NCBI GenBank assembly: GCA_964487475.1 | Contig: CAZAPM010000004.1 | Coordinates: 1-37,754, forward strand | DNA: 37,754 nucleotides | Source of the DNA: an uncultured Planctomycetales bacterium | Lineage (GTDB): Bacteria > Omnitrophota > Gorgyraeia > Gygaellales > Profunditerraquicolaceae | Direction of reading: 5' to 3' | Part shown: one piece after another, positions 25,748 to 37,340 of the stretch | Position numbering within the stretch: the first letter of the stretch is position 1 | How the letters are laid out: every line of letters begins with the position of its first letter | Notes under the pieces: generated by a model | Seen by the model: the letters and a program-made list of their open reading frames with translations, nothing else | Told to the model about the DNA's origin: nothing | The model's database searches: none | Made by a program: the position numbers and the translations under genes

Positions 25748-26834
25748 ATCCCTCCACCAGAATATCCTCTCCCACCCGCCGCAGGGAAACCCCGGTGAGT
25801 TTCAGGGCCCGGTCGATCCGGGAAACCCCCCGGCCCATGACCGAACCGAGCGCGTGCTTTCCCCCGACGATCTTAGGACTGATGAAAAAAAGGACCCTGT
25901 CCACCAGCCCCTCGTCGAAGAGAGACCCGTTGAGCGTCCCTCCGCCCTCGACCAGGACGGAGGATATCCCCATGGCGGCGAGTTTCTTCATCATGTCGCG
26001 CAGGCTCACCTGCCCGTCCCGCTCCTTCACTTCCAGGATCGTGGCTTTTCCGGCCAGAAGCTGCCGGTTCGCGGTCTCCTGCCCTTTTTCTTTCGGCAGG
26101 GTCACCAGGATCACTTTTGCCCCGGAGGCGAAGATATTGGCGTTGACCGGAGTGCTCAGGTTACTATCGACGATGACCTTGACCGGCTGCTTCTTGGAGA
26201 ACCAGGCATCCAGCCGCGGGTTATCCCGGAGCACCGTATTGATCCCCACCATGATCGCGTCATACTCCTGGCGCATCCTATGGGCCAGGGACCGCGCCTT
26301 GTCGCCGGTGATCCATTTGGAATCCCCGGTTTCGGTGGCGATCTTCCCGTCCAGGGACTCCGCGGTCTTGACCGTCACGTAAGGCATCCGGCGGGTCATG
26401 AACTTGATGAAGGGCTGATTGATGGCGCGCAGTTCCTCTTCCAGTATCCCCGCGCGCACCTTGATGCCGTTCGCCTTAAGCAGCGCCAGCCCCTTGCCGT
26501 TATTAAGAGGGTTGGGATCGATCATGCCCGCGCAGACTTCCCTGATACCGCTGCGGATCACCTTATACACGCAGGGCGGGGTCCGGCCGAAATGGGTACA
26601 GGGCTCCATGGTCACGTACAGCGTCGCGCCTCTGGCTTTTGTCCCGGCTTCGTCCAATGCCACGACCTCGGCATGGAGTCCGCCGGCCCGGGCATGATAG
26701 CCCTGGCCCAGGATGCGGCCTCCGCGCACCACCACCGCTCCCACCAACGGATTGGGGGACGTGCGGCCTTTGGCCCTGCAGGCCAGCTGCATGGCCAGGC
26801 GCATATACTTTTCCGCAACGGTGACCCGGGGCAT
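25728..26834 (-). CDS. ribD: Riboflavin deaminase/reductase
   Basis: PNPLVG, HAE, EPCTHFGRTPPC, SLDGKIA, LVEGGG. Confidence 0.97.
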   Translation of the reverse strand: MPRVTVAEKYMRLAMQLACRAKGRTSPNPLVGAVVVRGGRILGQGYHARAGGLHAEVVALDEAGTKARGATLYVTMEPCTHFGRTPPCVYKVIRSGIREVCAGMIDPNPLNNGKGLALLKANGIKVRAGILEEELRAINQPFIKFMTRRMPYVTVKTAESLDGKIATETGDSKWITGDKARSLAHRMRQEYDAIMVGINTVLRDNPRLDAWFSKKQPVKVIVDSNLSTPVNANIFASGAKVILVTLPKEKGQETANRQLLAGKATILEVKERDGQVSLRDMMKKLAAMGISSVLVEGGGTLNGSLFDEGLVDRVLFFISPKIVGGKHALGSVMGRGVSRIDRALKLTGVSLRRVGEDILVEGYVQRYS

Positions 26835-27664
26835 CAGGCACTCCTCCGCGCGGCAAGCTTCTCCACGTACTCGTAGGGCAGTTTCATCACTCCCAGATCG
26901 ATATCCGGTTTGGCATGGCCGTGGAAATCAGACCCTCCGGTCACCGCCAGCCCCAGCGTTGCCGCCAACTGCAGATAATAATTCACCATGGACTGGGAAT
27001 GCTCCGGATAAAAGACCTCGAGCCCTTTAAGCCCTAACGCGGCGAACTCGCCGATCAGCTCGTCCCTGCGCATGGTGTAGGGATGCGCCAGCACCGGCAC
27101 TCCTCCCGCTCCCAGGATCAACCCGATCGCATCCTTCGGCGGCAATTTGAACCCGCCGACATACGCCGGCCCCCGGTCGCCGATGAATCTCTGAAATGCT
27201 TCCTGTACCGAAGACACGAACTTGCCTCCCGCCAGGGCGCGGGCCACATGCAGCCGGCCCACCGATCCACCGGTCGCCAACGCGAACACCGCCTCGGAAG
27301 TGACGCCTAAACCCAGCGCATTGAGCTTCTCTACCATCTTATAGATACGCGCGCGGCGGGCTTCCTGCAGGAAGGAAAGCGTGCGCAGCAGGGCAGGCTG
27401 CGTATGATCGATATAATACCCCAGCATGTGGATCTCGGTGCCGTCAAGTTCGGAGGTGAGTTCGATCCCGGGGATCACCTCCACTCCGGCTTCCCGGCCG
27501 CAGGATAAGGCCTCCTCCAGCCCGTCGACGGTATCATGGTCGACCACGGCGATCGCCGACACCCGGTTCTTTTTTGCCAGCGCCACCAGTTCCCGGGGAG
27601 AGAGCGTGCCGTCGGAACAATTGGTATGGAGGTGCAGGTCGGCGGTGCGGTCGCGATCGCTCAC
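26834..27664 (-). CDS. PHP-domain phosphoesterase (TrpH/YciV-like)
   Basis: [28 protein letters not shown]. Confidence 0.92.
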   Translation of the reverse strand: MSDRDRTADLHLHTNCSDGTLSPRELVALAKKNRVSAIAVVDHDTVDGLEEALSCGREAGVEVIPGIELTSELDGTEIHMLGYYIDHTQPALLRTLSFLQEARRARIYKMVEKLNALGLGVTSEAVFALATGGSVGRLHVARALAGGKFVSSVQEAFQRFIGDRGPAYVGGFKLPPKDAIGLILGAGGVPVLAHPYTMRRDELIGEFAALGLKGLEVFYPEHSQSMVNYYLQLAATLGLAVTGGSDFHGHAKPDIDLGVMKLPYEYVEKLAARRSA

Positions 27665-28074
27665 GGATGCTTCTCGGCCTTGATCTTGTCCAGGATGCCG
27701 TTGACGAACTTGCCCGCCTCCACTCCGGAATACTTCTTCGCCAGCTCCACCGCCTCGTTGATCGCCACCTTAGGGGGGATATCCTCCCGGTGCAGAAGTT
27801 CATAACACCCGAGGCGCAGGATATTGCGGTCCACCGCCGCCATGCGGGAAAGATGCCAGTTATTGGCATACTCCATCAGCTTCTTGTCGATCGACGCGCG
27901 CTGCGCGCAGGTGCCGCTGACCAGTTCCAGGGCAAAGTCGCTTACCTGCGGGTCAACCGGTTTTTCCTGGGTCTGGACCAGCAGGGACAATGCCTCCCGG
28001 CCGTCGCCTCCGGTGATATCCACCTGATACAATACCTGCAGGGCGAATTCCCTGGACTGCGTTCTCTTACGCAT
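27661..28074 (-). CDS. nusB: Transcription antitermination factor NusB
   Basis: [37 protein letters not shown]. Confidence 0.97.
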   Translation of the reverse strand: MRKRTQSREFALQVLYQVDITGGDGREALSLLVQTQEKPVDPQVSDFALELVSGTCAQRASIDKKLMEYANNWHLSRMAAVDRNILRLGCYELLHREDIPPKVAINEAVELAKKYSGVEAGKFVNGILDKIKAEKHP

Positions 28075-28091
28075 ACTCTGACCTTTCTATG

Positions 28092-28562
28092 TTATTTCTT
28101 GAGCTTGTCGAAAAGATTCGCCATCTCGATGGCGGAAAGCGCGGCGTCGCTGCCCTTATTGCCGTCCTTGGTGCCGGAGCGTTCGATCGCCTGTTCGATG
28201 GTATCCGCGGTGATCACCCCGAAGATCACGGGCACCCCGGACTCCTGCGCGACCGCCGCAACGCCCTTGGCCGCTTCGGAAGCCACGAACTCGAAATGCG
28301 GAGTGGCGCCCCGGATCACGGTCCCCAGGCAGATGATCGCGTCAAACGATTTCCCTGCGGCCATGCGCTTGGCCGCTGCGGGGATCTCGAACGCGCCCGG
28401 CACCCAGGCCACGGTGATATCATTCTCATCCGCGGCGTGACGGACCAGGGTATCGATACACCCCCCCACCAGCTCCTTGGTCATGAAATCGTTGAAACGG
28501 GAAGCCACGATCCCGAATTTTTTCCCTTTTGCTATGAAATTACCCTCGATCACCTTTGCCAT
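28092..28562 (-). CDS. ribH: 6,7-dimethyl-8-ribityllumazine synthase
   Basis: [25 protein letters not shown]. Confidence 0.97.
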   Translation of the reverse strand: MAKVIEGNFIAKGKKFGIVASRFNDFMTKELVGGCIDTLVRHAADENDITVAWVPGAFEIPAAAKRMAAGKSFDAIICLGTVIRGATPHFEFVASEAAKGVAAVAQESGVPVIFGVITADTIEQAIERSGTKDGNKGSDAALSAIEMANLFDKLKK

Positions 28563-28572
28563 CTCCCACCCC

Positions 28573-29784
28573 CTAGATTTTCAGGTTATGCCCCAGCTTT
28601 TCCTTCTTCGTCTTGAGATACTTGTAATTCAATTCGTGCGGCGCCACTTCCAGCGGCACCCTTTCGGTGACCTTCAACCCGTGCCCCTGCAAGCCTACGA
28701 TCTTCCTCGGGTTGTTGGTCAGGAGCCGGATATTGCGGATGCCTAAGTCCGCGAGGATCTGCGCGCCGATCCCGTAATCGCGCAGGTCGGGCTTGTACCC
28801 CAGCGCTTCGTTCGCCTCCACCGTATCCATGCCCTTATCCTGCAGGTCGTACGCCTGTATCTTGGCCGCCAGGCCGATCCCCCGGCCCTCCTGCTTCATA
28901 TACAGCACCACTCCCCGCTTCTCTTTATCGATAAGCTCCATGGCTTTTTTAAGCTGCGCCCCGCAATCGCAGCGCAGCGAACCGAACACGTCCCCGGTCA
29001 GGCATTCGGAGTGCACGCGCACCAGCACCGCGTCCGGCCCGGAAACATCCCCCATCACCAGCGCGGTGTGCACCTGACCGGAGAGCAGATCGCGGTAGAG
29101 GATCATCCGGTACGTGCCGGATACCGTGGGCAGCGTGGCTTCGGAAGCCCGTTCGATCAGTTTCTCGGCGCGGCGCCGGTACTCGATCAGCGCGGCGATG
29201 GAACACATCTTGAGGGCGTGCTTCTTGGCGAACTCCACCAGCTGCGGGAACCGCGCCATGGTCCCGTCGTCGTTCATGATCTCGCAGATGACCCCGGCAG
29301 GATACAGTCCCGAGAGCTTGGCCAGGTCGACGGAAGCTTCGGTATGGCCTGCCCGCACCAGCACCCCTCCCTTGACCGCCCGCAGCGGGAACACGTGCCC
29401 CGGCCGGACCAGGTCCTCGGGCCGGGAACGCGGATCGATCAGCACGCCGATGGTGTGCGCCCGGTCGAAGGCGGAGATCCCCGTAGTCACGCCCTTGGAC
29501 GCGTCCACCGAGATCATCCAGGCCGTGGAAAAAGGGTCCTTGCCCGTGGAATGCGTGCGTCCGTAGAGCATCGGATCGAGCTCGAGGGACTTTAAACGCT
29601 CCTCCTCCATGGGCACGCACACCAGGCCGCGGCCGAATTTAGCCATGAAGTTGATATGCTCCGGACGGGCGAAGGATGCCGCCATCACCAGATCGCCTTC
29701 GTTCTCCCGCTCCTCGTCGTCGACCACCACGACCATGCGGCCTTTTTTCAGGTCTTCAAGTATCTCAGGGATGGTACTGAACAT
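28573..29784 (-). CDS. ribBA: DHBP synthase / GTP cyclohydrolase II
   Basis: [46 protein letters not shown]. Confidence 0.97.
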   Translation of the reverse strand: MFSTIPEILEDLKKGRMVVVVDDEERENEGDLVMAASFARPEHINFMAKFGRGLVCVPMEEERLKSLELDPMLYGRTHSTGKDPFSTAWMISVDASKGVTTGISAFDRAHTIGVLIDPRSRPEDLVRPGHVFPLRAVKGGVLVRAGHTEASVDLAKLSGLYPAGVICEIMNDDGTMARFPQLVEFAKKHALKMCSIAALIEYRRRAEKLIERASEATLPTVSGTYRMILYRDLLSGQVHTALVMGDVSGPDAVLVRVHSECLTGDVFGSLRCDCGAQLKKAMELIDKEKRGVVLYMKQEGRGIGLAAKIQAYDLQDKGMDTVEANEALGYKPDLRDYGIGAQILADLGIRNIRLLTNNPRKIVGLQGHGLKVTERVPLEVAPHELNYKYLKTKKEKLGHNLKI

Positions 29785-29795
29785 ATGCTTTCTCC

Positions 29796-29829
29796 AAAAA
29801 AAACCCCGAAGGGATAGACCTTCGGGGTT
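29796..29829 (-). terminator. Intrinsic terminator, expression platform of the FMN riboswitch
   Basis: AACCCCGAAGG-TCTATC-CCTTCGGGGTT followed by a U-run. Its 5' arm (CCCCGAAG) is complementary to the aptamer 5' end (CTTCGGGG), giving an antiterminator. Confidence 0.88.
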
Positions 29830-29845
29830 AGAATGAACCGTTTTA

Positions 29846-30020
29846 CTCTTCTCGTATCTGGACTCTCTCCGCCTTCCGCGTCACACCCGGCCTAAAAGGA
29901 TAGGCCGGTGTTTCGCTTTCTGCGAAACCATCGGCTCCGGAATCACGCCGGATCTGCGACCCGTAAGGGACGCTCGCGGGCTGAACCGCCGGTCAGGAAT
30001 TTCACCTTGCCCCGAAGATT
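29846..30020 (-). ncRNA. FMN riboswitch (RFN element) with a ~60-nt insertion
   Basis: TCTTCGGGGCAAGGTGAAATTCCTGACCGGCGGT..AGCCCGCGAG...AGATCCGGCGTGATTCCGGAGCCGATGGT[insert]AGTCCAGATACGAGAAGA, upstream of ribBA. Confidence 0.93.
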
Positions 30021-30025
30021 ATGTA

Positions 30026-30054
30026 AGTATAACAGGCCGCAGGCGGGTTGTCAA
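30026..30054 (-). promoter_or_regulatory. sigma70 promoter of the rib operon
   Basis: TTGACA-N17-TATACT; predicted start coincides with the aptamer 5' end. Confidence 0.85.
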
Positions 30055-30072
30055 CCCTCCCGCGGCGTACGA

Positions 30073-30183
30073 TCAGTGGGCGTGCGCACCATTCACTGCA
30101 GGATCCTCCAGCTTCTTGATGAAGCGGGCGGGGTCCTTCTTGAACTCCGCAACGCACCCCGGACAGCAGAGATTGTACACTTT
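30073..30183 (-). CDS. YHS/TRASH metal-binding domain protein, C-terminal fragment
   Basis: KVYNLCCPGCVAEFKKDPARF; 5' part lost in the gap. Confidence 0.75.
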   Translation of the reverse strand, partial: KVYNLCCPGCVAEFKKDPARFIKKLEDPAVNGAHAH

Positions 30184-30283
30184 NNNNNNNNNNNNNNNNN
30201 NNNNNNNNNNNNNNNNNNNNNNNNNNNNNNNNNNNNNNNNNNNNNNNNNNNNNNNNNNNNNNNNNNNNNNNNNNNNNNNNNNN
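30184..30283. other. Assembly gap (100 N)
   Basis: Run of exactly 100 N; true length unknown. Confidence 0.99.
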
Positions 30284-30432
30284 TTCTCCCCGGCCACCTC
30301 TTCGATCACCAGGTATGTGGCCTCCTTGGGCTTGTGCGCGACCTTAAGCAAAGTATCGGAGAACTCCTTTGCGATCTGCGCCTTCTGCTCCTTCGTCAAC
30401 TTTCCCACCACCTTCAGATTCACGTATGGCAT
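30284..30432 (-). CDS. 4-oxalocrotonate tautomerase family protein, N-terminal fragment
   Basis: M-P(1)YVNLKVVGKLTKEQKAQIAKEFSDTL...KP.EATYLVIEEV; 3' end lost in the gap. Confidence 0.85.
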
Positions 30433-30452
30433 AGTCTTTTCCTTTCTGGCCT

Positions 30453-31052
30453 TTAGTGCGAAAGCACGAAAATCCCGGTCTGGGCCCGCAGGTTGGGCAG
30501 CAGGTGCACCTCCCTGTCCTTGCCCAGGTATTTACGCTCCAGCACGCGGACCTTCTTGGCCCGGCAATAATCCTCGAAATCGTAAATGCTTAAGAACCGG
30601 ATGTTCGGGCTCTCGTTCCAGCTGAAGGGCAACGGACCGGTCATCGGCGCCCGCCCCTTGAAAAAAAGCTGGCAACGGGACCGCAGATGGGCGAAGTTCG
30701 GGAACCCCACCACTACGTTCCTGCCCACCCGCAGCGCATCCAGGAACACCCGGTCGAAATGCTGCACCTGCTGCAGGCTCTGGTTGAGGATCACGTAATC
30801 GAAGGACTGGTCCGAATAATCGGAAAGTCCGGAATCGATGTCCCCGTGCAGCACGTTGAGCCCCTTGGCCACGCACTGATAGATCTCCCGCTCGTCGATC
30901 TCGATCCCGTGCCCCTTGCACTGGCGCCGGGAAACCAGCAGATGGAGAAGGTCCCCGCTGCCGCACCCCAGATCCAGCACGGTCGACTTTGCCGGGACCA
31001 GCCCCATGATCACCTGATGGTCAAAACGCACCCCGCCCGCCGCTTCTTTCAC
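30453..31052 (-). CDS. metW: Methionine biosynthesis protein MetW
   Basis: VLDLGCGSG, FDYVILNQSLQQ, FPNFAH; follows metX. Confidence 0.92.
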   Translation of the reverse strand: MKEAAGGVRFDHQVIMGLVPAKSTVLDLGCGSGDLLHLLVSRRQCKGHGIEIDEREIYQCVAKGLNVLHGDIDSGLSDYSDQSFDYVILNQSLQQVQHFDRVFLDALRVGRNVVVGFPNFAHLRSRCQLFFKGRAPMTGPLPFSWNESPNIRFLSIYDFEDYCRAKKVRVLERKYLGKDREVHLLPNLRAQTGIFVLSH

Positions 31053-31056
31053 CGGA

Positions 31057-32193
31057 TCATCTCCCGCCTTCCTGATACACTTTACGCAGAAAATGCGTCA
31101 ACAGATGCGTCTCTTCCTCGGTCTCCAGCAGGAACGCGTCATGGCCGTAGGTGGAATCGATCTCGCAGAAACTCACCTCCACCCCCGCCACTTTGCACGC
31201 CCGGATGATCTCCTTGGACTGGTACGCCGGATACAGCCAGTCCGACTTGAACGCCAGCACCAGCACTTTCGCCGAAAGCCCGGGGAACACCTCTGCCAGA
31301 GGCCGGCCGCGCGTCACATCGAAGTTATCCATCGCCTTGGTGATATACAGGAAAGAGTTCGCGTCGAAGCGGCGCACGAAACTGTCGCCGCGGTAACGCA
31401 AATACCCTTCCACCTCGAAATCGGCGGTGAACTTGAAAGGGTTCCTGTCGTTCAACCGCACCCGGCCGAACTTCTCCTCCATCGAAACGTCGCTCATGTA
31501 GGTGATGTGGCCGATCATCCTGGCCACGGCCAAGCCCTTGGCCGGCGGCGTCCCTTCGTAATACCGGCCTTCCTTCCAATGCGGGTCGGCCATGATCGCC
31601 TGGCGCGCCACCTCGTTGAAAGCGATCTGCTGCGGCGAATGCCTCAGCGCCGTGGCGATCGGCACCGCGGTGCGCAGCCGCCGGGGAAAAAGGGACATCC
31701 ACTCCAGCACCTGCATCCCGCCCATTGAGCCGCCTACTACACAAAGCAACGTATCTATACCGAATGAATCGATCAGCTCTTTTTGCGCGCGCACCATATC
31801 CCCGACGGATATCAGGGGGAAATCCAGCGCGTACGGAAGACCCGTCGCGGGATTCACGCTGGAAGGCCCGGTGGAACCTTTGCACCCTCCCAGCACGTTC
31901 GCGCAGATGACAAAATACCGGTCGGTATCCAGGCCCTTTCCCGGGCCGATCAGATCGTCCCACCATCCGGGCTTGGCATCCCCCTGATGGAATCCTGCCG
32001 CGTGCGCGTCGCCGGACAAGGCATGGAGCACCAGCACGGCATTCGACTTCTCTCGGTTAAGGGACCCGTACGTCTCGTAGGCCAGGCATACCTGCCCCAG
32101 CCGCTCCCCGCTTTCCAGCACGAACGGATGCGCCGTACTGCCGAAGGTGAACGTCTTCGTCTCTACGATCCCGACACTACCCTTGGTATCCAT
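31057..32193 (-). CDS. metX: Homoserine O-acetyltransferase
   Basis: [31 protein letters not shown]. Confidence 0.95.
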   Translation of the reverse strand: MDTKGSVGIVETKTFTFGSTAHPFVLESGERLGQVCLAYETYGSLNREKSNAVLVLHALSGDAHAAGFHQGDAKPGWWDDLIGPGKGLDTDRYFVICANVLGGCKGSTGPSSVNPATGLPYALDFPLISVGDMVRAQKELIDSFGIDTLLCVVGGSMGGMQVLEWMSLFPRRLRTAVPIATALRHSPQQIAFNEVARQAIMADPHWKEGRYYEGTPPAKGLAVARMIGHITYMSDVSMEEKFGRVRLNDRNPFKFTADFEVEGYLRYRGDSFVRRFDANSFLYITKAMDNFDVTRGRPLAEVFPGLSAKVLVLAFKSDWLYPAYQSKEIIRACKVAGVEVSFCEIDSTYGHDAFLLETEEETHLLTHFLRKVYQEGGR

Positions 32194-32202
32194 AGTGGTG
32201 TA

Positions 32203-33138
32203 TTATCCCACAAACTCCTGATATAGCCAAGTGGAAAGGTAACGCTCGCCCGTGCTGGGAAGCACCGTGACAATGGTTTTGCCTTTCGACTCCGGCCGTT
32301 TCGCGACTTCGATCGCCGCCCATACCGCCGCGCCGCTGGAAATCCCGGCGAAGATCCCCTCCTCTTTTGCCAGGCGGCGGGCGATCACCCCCGAATCCTC
32401 ATGCTTCACGGTAATGATCTCGTCGATCACCCCCCGGTTGAGTATCCCCGGCACGAACCCCGCGCCGATGCCCTGTATCTTGTGCGGCCCGGGCTTGCCT
32501 CCGGAAAGCACCGGGGAATCCGCCGGCTCCAACCCGATGACCTTCACCGAAGGCTTGCGGCCTTTAAGCACCTCGCCTACTCCCGTGATCGTGCCTCCGG
32601 TACCGACCCCCGCGATGAAGATATCCACCGCTCCGTCCGTATCCCTCCAGATCTCCTCCGCCGTGGTCCTGCGGTGTATCTCCGGATTGGCCGGGTTGTT
32701 GAACTGCTGCGGCACGAAACTATTCGGGGTGACCTTGGCCAGCTCCTCCGCTTTCTCCACCGCGCCCCGCATGCCCTTGGGGCCTTCGGTCAGCACCAGC
32801 TCCGCGCCCAGGATGCGCAGCAGCTGCCGGCGCTCCATGCTCATGGTATCCGGCATGGTCAGAATGAGCCGGTACCCTTTGGCCGCGGCCACGAACGCCA
32901 GGGCAATGCCGGTATTCCCGCTGGTCGGCTCGATGATCACCGAGTCCTTCTTCAGGATCCCCCGCTTCTCCGCATCCTCGATCATCGCCACGCCGATGCG
33001 GTCCTTGACGCTGGAAAGCGGATTGAAATACTCGAGCTTGGCCAGAATGGTCGCGCCCGTCTCTTTGCCTACCCGGTTCAAACGCACCAACGGAGTATTG
33101 CCTACCGTTTTAGTGATATCCTCGTATATTTTAGCCAT
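32203..33138 (-). CDS. cysK: Cysteine synthase A
   Basis: [42 protein letters not shown]. Confidence 0.97.
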   Translation of the reverse strand: MAKIYEDITKTVGNTPLVRLNRVGKETGATILAKLEYFNPLSSVKDRIGVAMIEDAEKRGILKKDSVIIEPTSGNTGIALAFVAAAKGYRLILTMPDTMSMERRQLLRILGAELVLTEGPKGMRGAVEKAEELAKVTPNSFVPQQFNNPANPEIHRRTTAEEIWRDTDGAVDIFIAGVGTGGTITGVGEVLKGRKPSVKVIGLEPADSPVLSGGKPGPHKIQGIGAGFVPGILNRGVIDEIITVKHEDSGVIARRLAKEEGIFAGISSGAAVWAAIEVAKRPESKGKTIVTVLPSTGERYLSTWLYQEFVG

Positions 33139-33147
33139 GGCACTCCC

Positions 33148-34452
<1,305 letters not shown>

Positions 34453-34716
34453 TTAGATGCCGCTTCCCTCGGAAAATATCTCTACGATAGTTCTGACCGC
34501 TTCCTTCTCGTCCGGGCCGTTGGCGATCACCGCCACTTCCGCCTTCGCCGCCGCCCCCAGAGTCAGCACATCCACGATCGAGCAGCTGTCGGCGAACTTG
34601 CATTCATGGCAAAGCACGATCTTGGATTTGAACTTCCTGGCGCATTTGACCACCTGCGCGGCTTTTCGCAAATGCAATCCTTCATCATTCGTGATATTGG
34701 TTTTGGCTATTTCCAT
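34453..34716 (-). CDS. HPr-family phosphocarrier paralogue (Cys-rich, C-terminal EGSGI)
   Basis: GLHLR (His15), ADSCSIVDVLTLG (Ser46 region), NGPDE.EA. Confidence 0.88.
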   Translation of the reverse strand: MEIAKTNITNDEGLHLRKAAQVVKCARKFKSKIVLCHECKFADSCSIVDVLTLGAAAKAEVAVIANGPDEKEAVRTIVEIFSEGSGI

Positions 34717-34718
34717 AT

Positions 34719-35159
34719 TTATATTGAGTACGCCAGCACCTCCTGGCGGCTACCCACTCTCTTCGCTAGATCCTCAAAGGTTATATTGTCGATTATCCCT
34801 GATATCGCCTGATCCACCTGACACCACACTTCACGGAAGACACAATTATAGGTATAGGAGCAACCCATGTAGTCCTTATCCGTGCAGGCGATGGGCTTGG
34901 TCGATCCGTCTATGAAACGGACCACCTCCCCCAGCCGTATCTGTGAAGGGGGCTTTGCTAACAGATACCCGCCTTCCTTACCCCGGCGGCTCTCGACAAA
35001 CCCGCCTTTCTTAAGCTCCAGCAAAACCTGCTCCAGGAATTTAATGGGCATATCAGCGCCCTTTGCCAGTTCATTGATGGTAACTACGCCTGTCTCGTAA
35101 TGTAAGGCCAGCTCCAGCAGGGCCTTTAAAGCGTAATCACCTTTATACGTTATCTTCAT
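34719..35159 (-). CDS. Rrf2-family regulator (CymR/IscR-like, three Cys)
   Basis: KGDYALKAL, FLEQVL, SRRGKEGGY.LA, C-x7-C-x5-C; C-terminus LAYSI. Confidence 0.93.
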   Translation of the reverse strand: MKITYKGDYALKALLELALHYETGVVTINELAKGADMPIKFLEQVLLELKKGGFVESRRGKEGGYLLAKPPSQIRLGEVVRFIDGSTKPIACTDKDYMGCSYTYNCVFREVWCQVDQAISGIIDNITFEDLAKRVGSRQEVLAYSI

Positions 35160-35183
35160 GCAATTGTTCTCCTATAATTACTA

Positions 35184-35232
35184 TAATCCCTATCGACATA
35201 GTAGAGTTTAACACAACTATCATTTTTGTCAA
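35184..35232 (-). promoter_or_regulatory. Promoter of the Rrf2-cys/met operon with an overlapping putative Rrf2 operator
   Basis: TTGACA-N16-TAAACT with extended TG; 27-bp imperfect palindrome TAAACTCTA-N9-TAGGGATTA at 35184-35210. Confidence 0.65.
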
Positions 35233-35243
35233 GTTTTTTTTGC

Positions 35244-36020
35244 TTATTTTGTTTTAGAGATGAGCTCCAATGCCACCTTCCTGCCTGCCAGCAGCATACC
35301 CCCGAAGACAGGCCCCATCCGCGGTCCGCCGAACACCGCATTCGCGCACATGCCGCAGGCATATACGCCCTGGCATATCTGCCTGGAGTGCGTCACGATC
35401 GTTCGCTCTCCCGCGTGCGCATGCATCGACCCCTCCCCCATGGTCTTTCCCGTGGAAGTCTTCAGGGGTATCCCGGACTTGCGCTCAATGAGTCGGGCGA
35501 TCTCTGCGGGGTGCCCGGTCGCATCCACCACGTACTTTGCGCGCATGGTGATCGGGTCGACGTGAAGGCCGGCCGTCTCCACCGCGGTCCAATTAAGCAC
35601 CAGGCCGCACACCCTCCTGCCCCGCACCATCACGTCTTCGACACTGATGAGGTTAAACACCTTCAAACCCGCCTGCACGGCGCGGGAACATATCGTCGAG
35701 ACCGACTCGACCGAATCGGCGAGGTGGTACCCCGGCGCATACTGCCGCACCTTAACCCCCAGCTCCTGCAGCAGCGCCCTGGCCTCGTCCTGCACCACGA
35801 TCTCGTTGAACATCATCCCGCCGCCCCACATCCCTCCTCCGATGGAAAGCTTGCGCTCGTAGAGCACCACCTTGCGGCCGGCTTTGGCGAGAAAGTATCC
35901 GCACACCAGCCCGGCAGGGCCTCCCCCCACGATCGCCACGTCGACATCCAGATGTTCGACGAACTTCTTCTGATAGGATTCGACTATCGCTTTGGAAATG
36001 ACCACCTCATCCAATACCAT
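35244..36020 (-). CDS. thi4: Sulfide-dependent (His-type) thiazole synthase
   Basis: [39 protein letters not shown] riboswitch upstream. Confidence 0.95.
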   Translation of the reverse strand: MVLDEVVISKAIVESYQKKFVEHLDVDVAIVGGGPAGLVCGYFLAKAGRKVVLYERKLSIGGGMWGGGMMFNEIVVQDEARALLQELGVKVRQYAPGYHLADSVESVSTICSRAVQAGLKVFNLISVEDVMVRGRRVCGLVLNWTAVETAGLHVDPITMRAKYVVDATGHPAEIARLIERKSGIPLKTSTGKTMGEGSMHAHAGERTIVTHSRQICQGVYACGMCANAVFGGPRMGPVFGGMLLAGRKVALELISKTK

Positions 36021-36065
36021 GTTCCCTCCTCCGGCCCGCAGGCCATGTACGGATCATACCGGCGG

Positions 36066-36104
36066 AAAAAGAAAAAGCCCGTCATAGCGGCGCTCATGAC
36101 AGGC
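36066..36104 (-). terminator. Intrinsic terminator downstream of the TPP aptamer
   Basis: GCCTGTCAT-GAGCGCCGCT-ATGACGGGC followed by TTTTTCTTTTT. Confidence 0.8.
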
Positions 36105-36123
36105 GTACCCTTACAGGCATTCA

Positions 36124-36220
36124 TCCTTCCCTCCGCTGGCATTATCCAGATCAGGTTTCTCGGGTAATCCGCTTGGCGCGCGGAACTCTCAGGCCGAAAT
36201 CACGACCTCCCCGTTGTCTA
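36124..36220 (-). ncRNA. TPP riboswitch
   Basis: GGGGAG..CTGAGA...ACCC..AACCTGATCTGGATAATGCCAGCGGAGGGAA upstream of thi4. Confidence 0.92.
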
Positions 36221-36230
36221 ATTCGCAGGT

Positions 36231-36259
36231 ATGATAACATCCCCTTTTATCTCTGTCAA
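36231..36259 (-). promoter_or_regulatory. sigma70 promoter of thi4
   Basis: TTGACA-N17-TATCAT with extended TG. Confidence 0.78.
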
Positions 36260-36279
36260 GTTTACGATATACTATCTGT

Positions 36280-36771
36280 ATGTCTGCTGACCCCGGATCC
36301 ATACGCCGCATGCTCATCGGCCGGAAGATCACCGTAGCCGTTGCCGAATCCTGTACCGGAGGACTGCTCTCCAAAATGCTCACCGATCCTCCGGGAAGCT
36401 CCGCATATTTCCTGCTGGGCGTGACCGCGTATGCCAACAGCGCCAAGACGCGCGTGCTGGGGATCCCCGGGGCGCTGATCAGGGAAAAGGGCGCGGTATC
36501 CAAGGACGCGGCGGTGGCCATGGCGCGGAGGATCCGCAGGCTCGCCGGCGCGGATATCGGTATCGGCACCACCGGCATTGCCGGGCCCTCCGGCGGCACC
36601 TCCCGTAAACCGGTCGGCACGGTGTATATCGCGCTGGCCGACGCCAAAGGTGCCATGGCGAAAAAACTATCACTGCGCGGCAGCCGGCAGATGATCAGGG
36701 CCCGCGCGGCAAAGGAAGCGCTGGCGCTCCTGTCCCAGCAACTGACGGCAACGAGGAAAAGGGATAGATGA
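36280..36771 (+). CDS. cinA: CinA C-terminal domain / NMN amidohydrolase (PncC)
   Basis: AVAESCTGG, PGSSAYF, AYANSAK, GAVS, TTGIAGP.G...KPVGTV. Confidence 0.93.
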   Translation: MSADPGSIRRMLIGRKITVAVAESCTGGLLSKMLTDPPGSSAYFLLGVTAYANSAKTRVLGIPGALIREKGAVSKDAAVAMARRIRRLAGADIGIGTTGIAGPSGGTSRKPVGTVYIALADAKGAMAKKLSLRGSRQMIRARAAKEALALLSQQLTATRKRDR

Positions 36772-37340
36772 GAGCGTTCATTGCGTTGGAACTTCCCGCG
36801 GAAGTACAATCCTACCTGGCGGCGGTGCAGAAAATACTGCGGGAAAGCGGCTGCGGGATAAGCTGGGTCAAGCCTCCCCAGATCCACCTCACCCTCAAGT
36901 TCCTGGGAGAGATATCCGAAGAGTCGTCGCTGCGCATGCAAAAAGAGCTGGAGTCGATCGCTTTGGCAACGCCCTCCTACACCCTCTCGCTGGGAGCGCC
37001 GGGGGCTTTTCCCAGCATCGCGAAACCGAAAGTCATCTGGATGGGTATCGAACGTGGCGCGGCAGAGACGGAAAGATTAGCCGGATCGATCGAGGAAATG
37101 ACGCAGCGGGAGGGGATCCCGAAAGAGGAGCGGCCCTTCACCTCGCATTTGACACTCGGCAGGATACGCACTCCGGAGAGGTTGTTCCGCATCACCCAAA
37201 TACTCGAAAAAATGCGCGAAGAACCCCTGCCGCATGAGGTCACCTGGCCTGCCGGCCCTCTGGCGCTTTTCAAAAGCACGCTCACCCCCCAGGGGCCGCT
37301 TTATACCCCGCTCAAAGAGGTCAGCCTTACCACGACCTGA
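36768..37340 (+). CDS. thpR: RNA 2',3'-cyclic phosphodiesterase
   Basis: MRAFIA and two HLTL (2H) motifs; ATGA-coupled to cinA. Confidence 0.93.
   Translation: MRAFIALELPAEVQSYLAAVQKILRESGCGISWVKPPQIHLTLKFLGEISEESSLRMQKELESIALATPSYTLSLGAPGAFPSIAKPKVIWMGIERGAAETERLAGSIEEMTQREGIPKEERPFTSHLTLGRIRTPERLFRITQILEKMREEPLPHEVTWPAGPLALFKSTLTPQGPLYTPLKEVSLTTT

Noticed and set aside
30073..30432. Apparent tautomerase-YHS fusion ORF (119 aa)
   Set aside because: The halves are joined only through the 100-N gap; most likely two separate genes.
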